A stretch of 64,000 nt of DNA from positions 9,114,001 to 9,178,000 of the forward strand of contig NC_135901.1 of assembly GCF_964194155.1 (NCBI RefSeq), written 5' to 3'. A model generated the notes under the pieces. The model had not been told where the DNA came from. It worked only from the letters and a program-made list of their open reading frames with translations, and did not search any database. The position numbers and the translations under genes are program-made. Positions 63,961 to 64,000 of the stretch are shown here, in pieces. This DNA is from Cetorhinus maximus. Lineage: Eukaryota. Each line of letters opens with the position of its first letter. Position 1 is the stretch's first letter.

Positions 63961-64000
63961 TAAAATGTCTTCTCCTCATTTTCTTCCAATGCAATTTGAT

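Overview
Vertebrate genomic DNA, most likely a cartilaginous fish (shark-type C2H2 finger codon usage, CR1/L2/RTE LINEs, DeuSINE/SacSINE1-like and other tRNA-derived SINEs, Penelope-like elements). The species assignment is an inference. The window is a tandem cluster of eight C2H2 zinc-finger loci, called ZNF-1 to ZNF-8 here: seven open arrays of 8-14 fingers and one clear pseudogene. They lie on both strands, each with a small CpG-rich NRF1/YY1/CCAAT promoter and no visible KRAB/SCAN/BTB domain. Most intergenic DNA is transposon debris. Items not evident from the ORF track: (1) a decayed retrovirus-type pol (tether, RNase H, and integrase with GPY motif) at about 30.8-36.9 kb, split by three nested CR1 insertions; (2) minimal hammerhead-ribozyme cores in Penelope-like repeats; (3) a stop codon at the same position 36 nt upstream of the start ATG in four ZNF paralogs; (4) an intact 14-finger ORF whose start ATG has become ACG; (5) a tRNA-Val pseudogene beside a ZNF promoter; (6) a 44-bp minisatellite grown from an L2 tail; (7) a ~370-bp SINE palindrome. 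Transposon boundaries were read by eye and are approximate.
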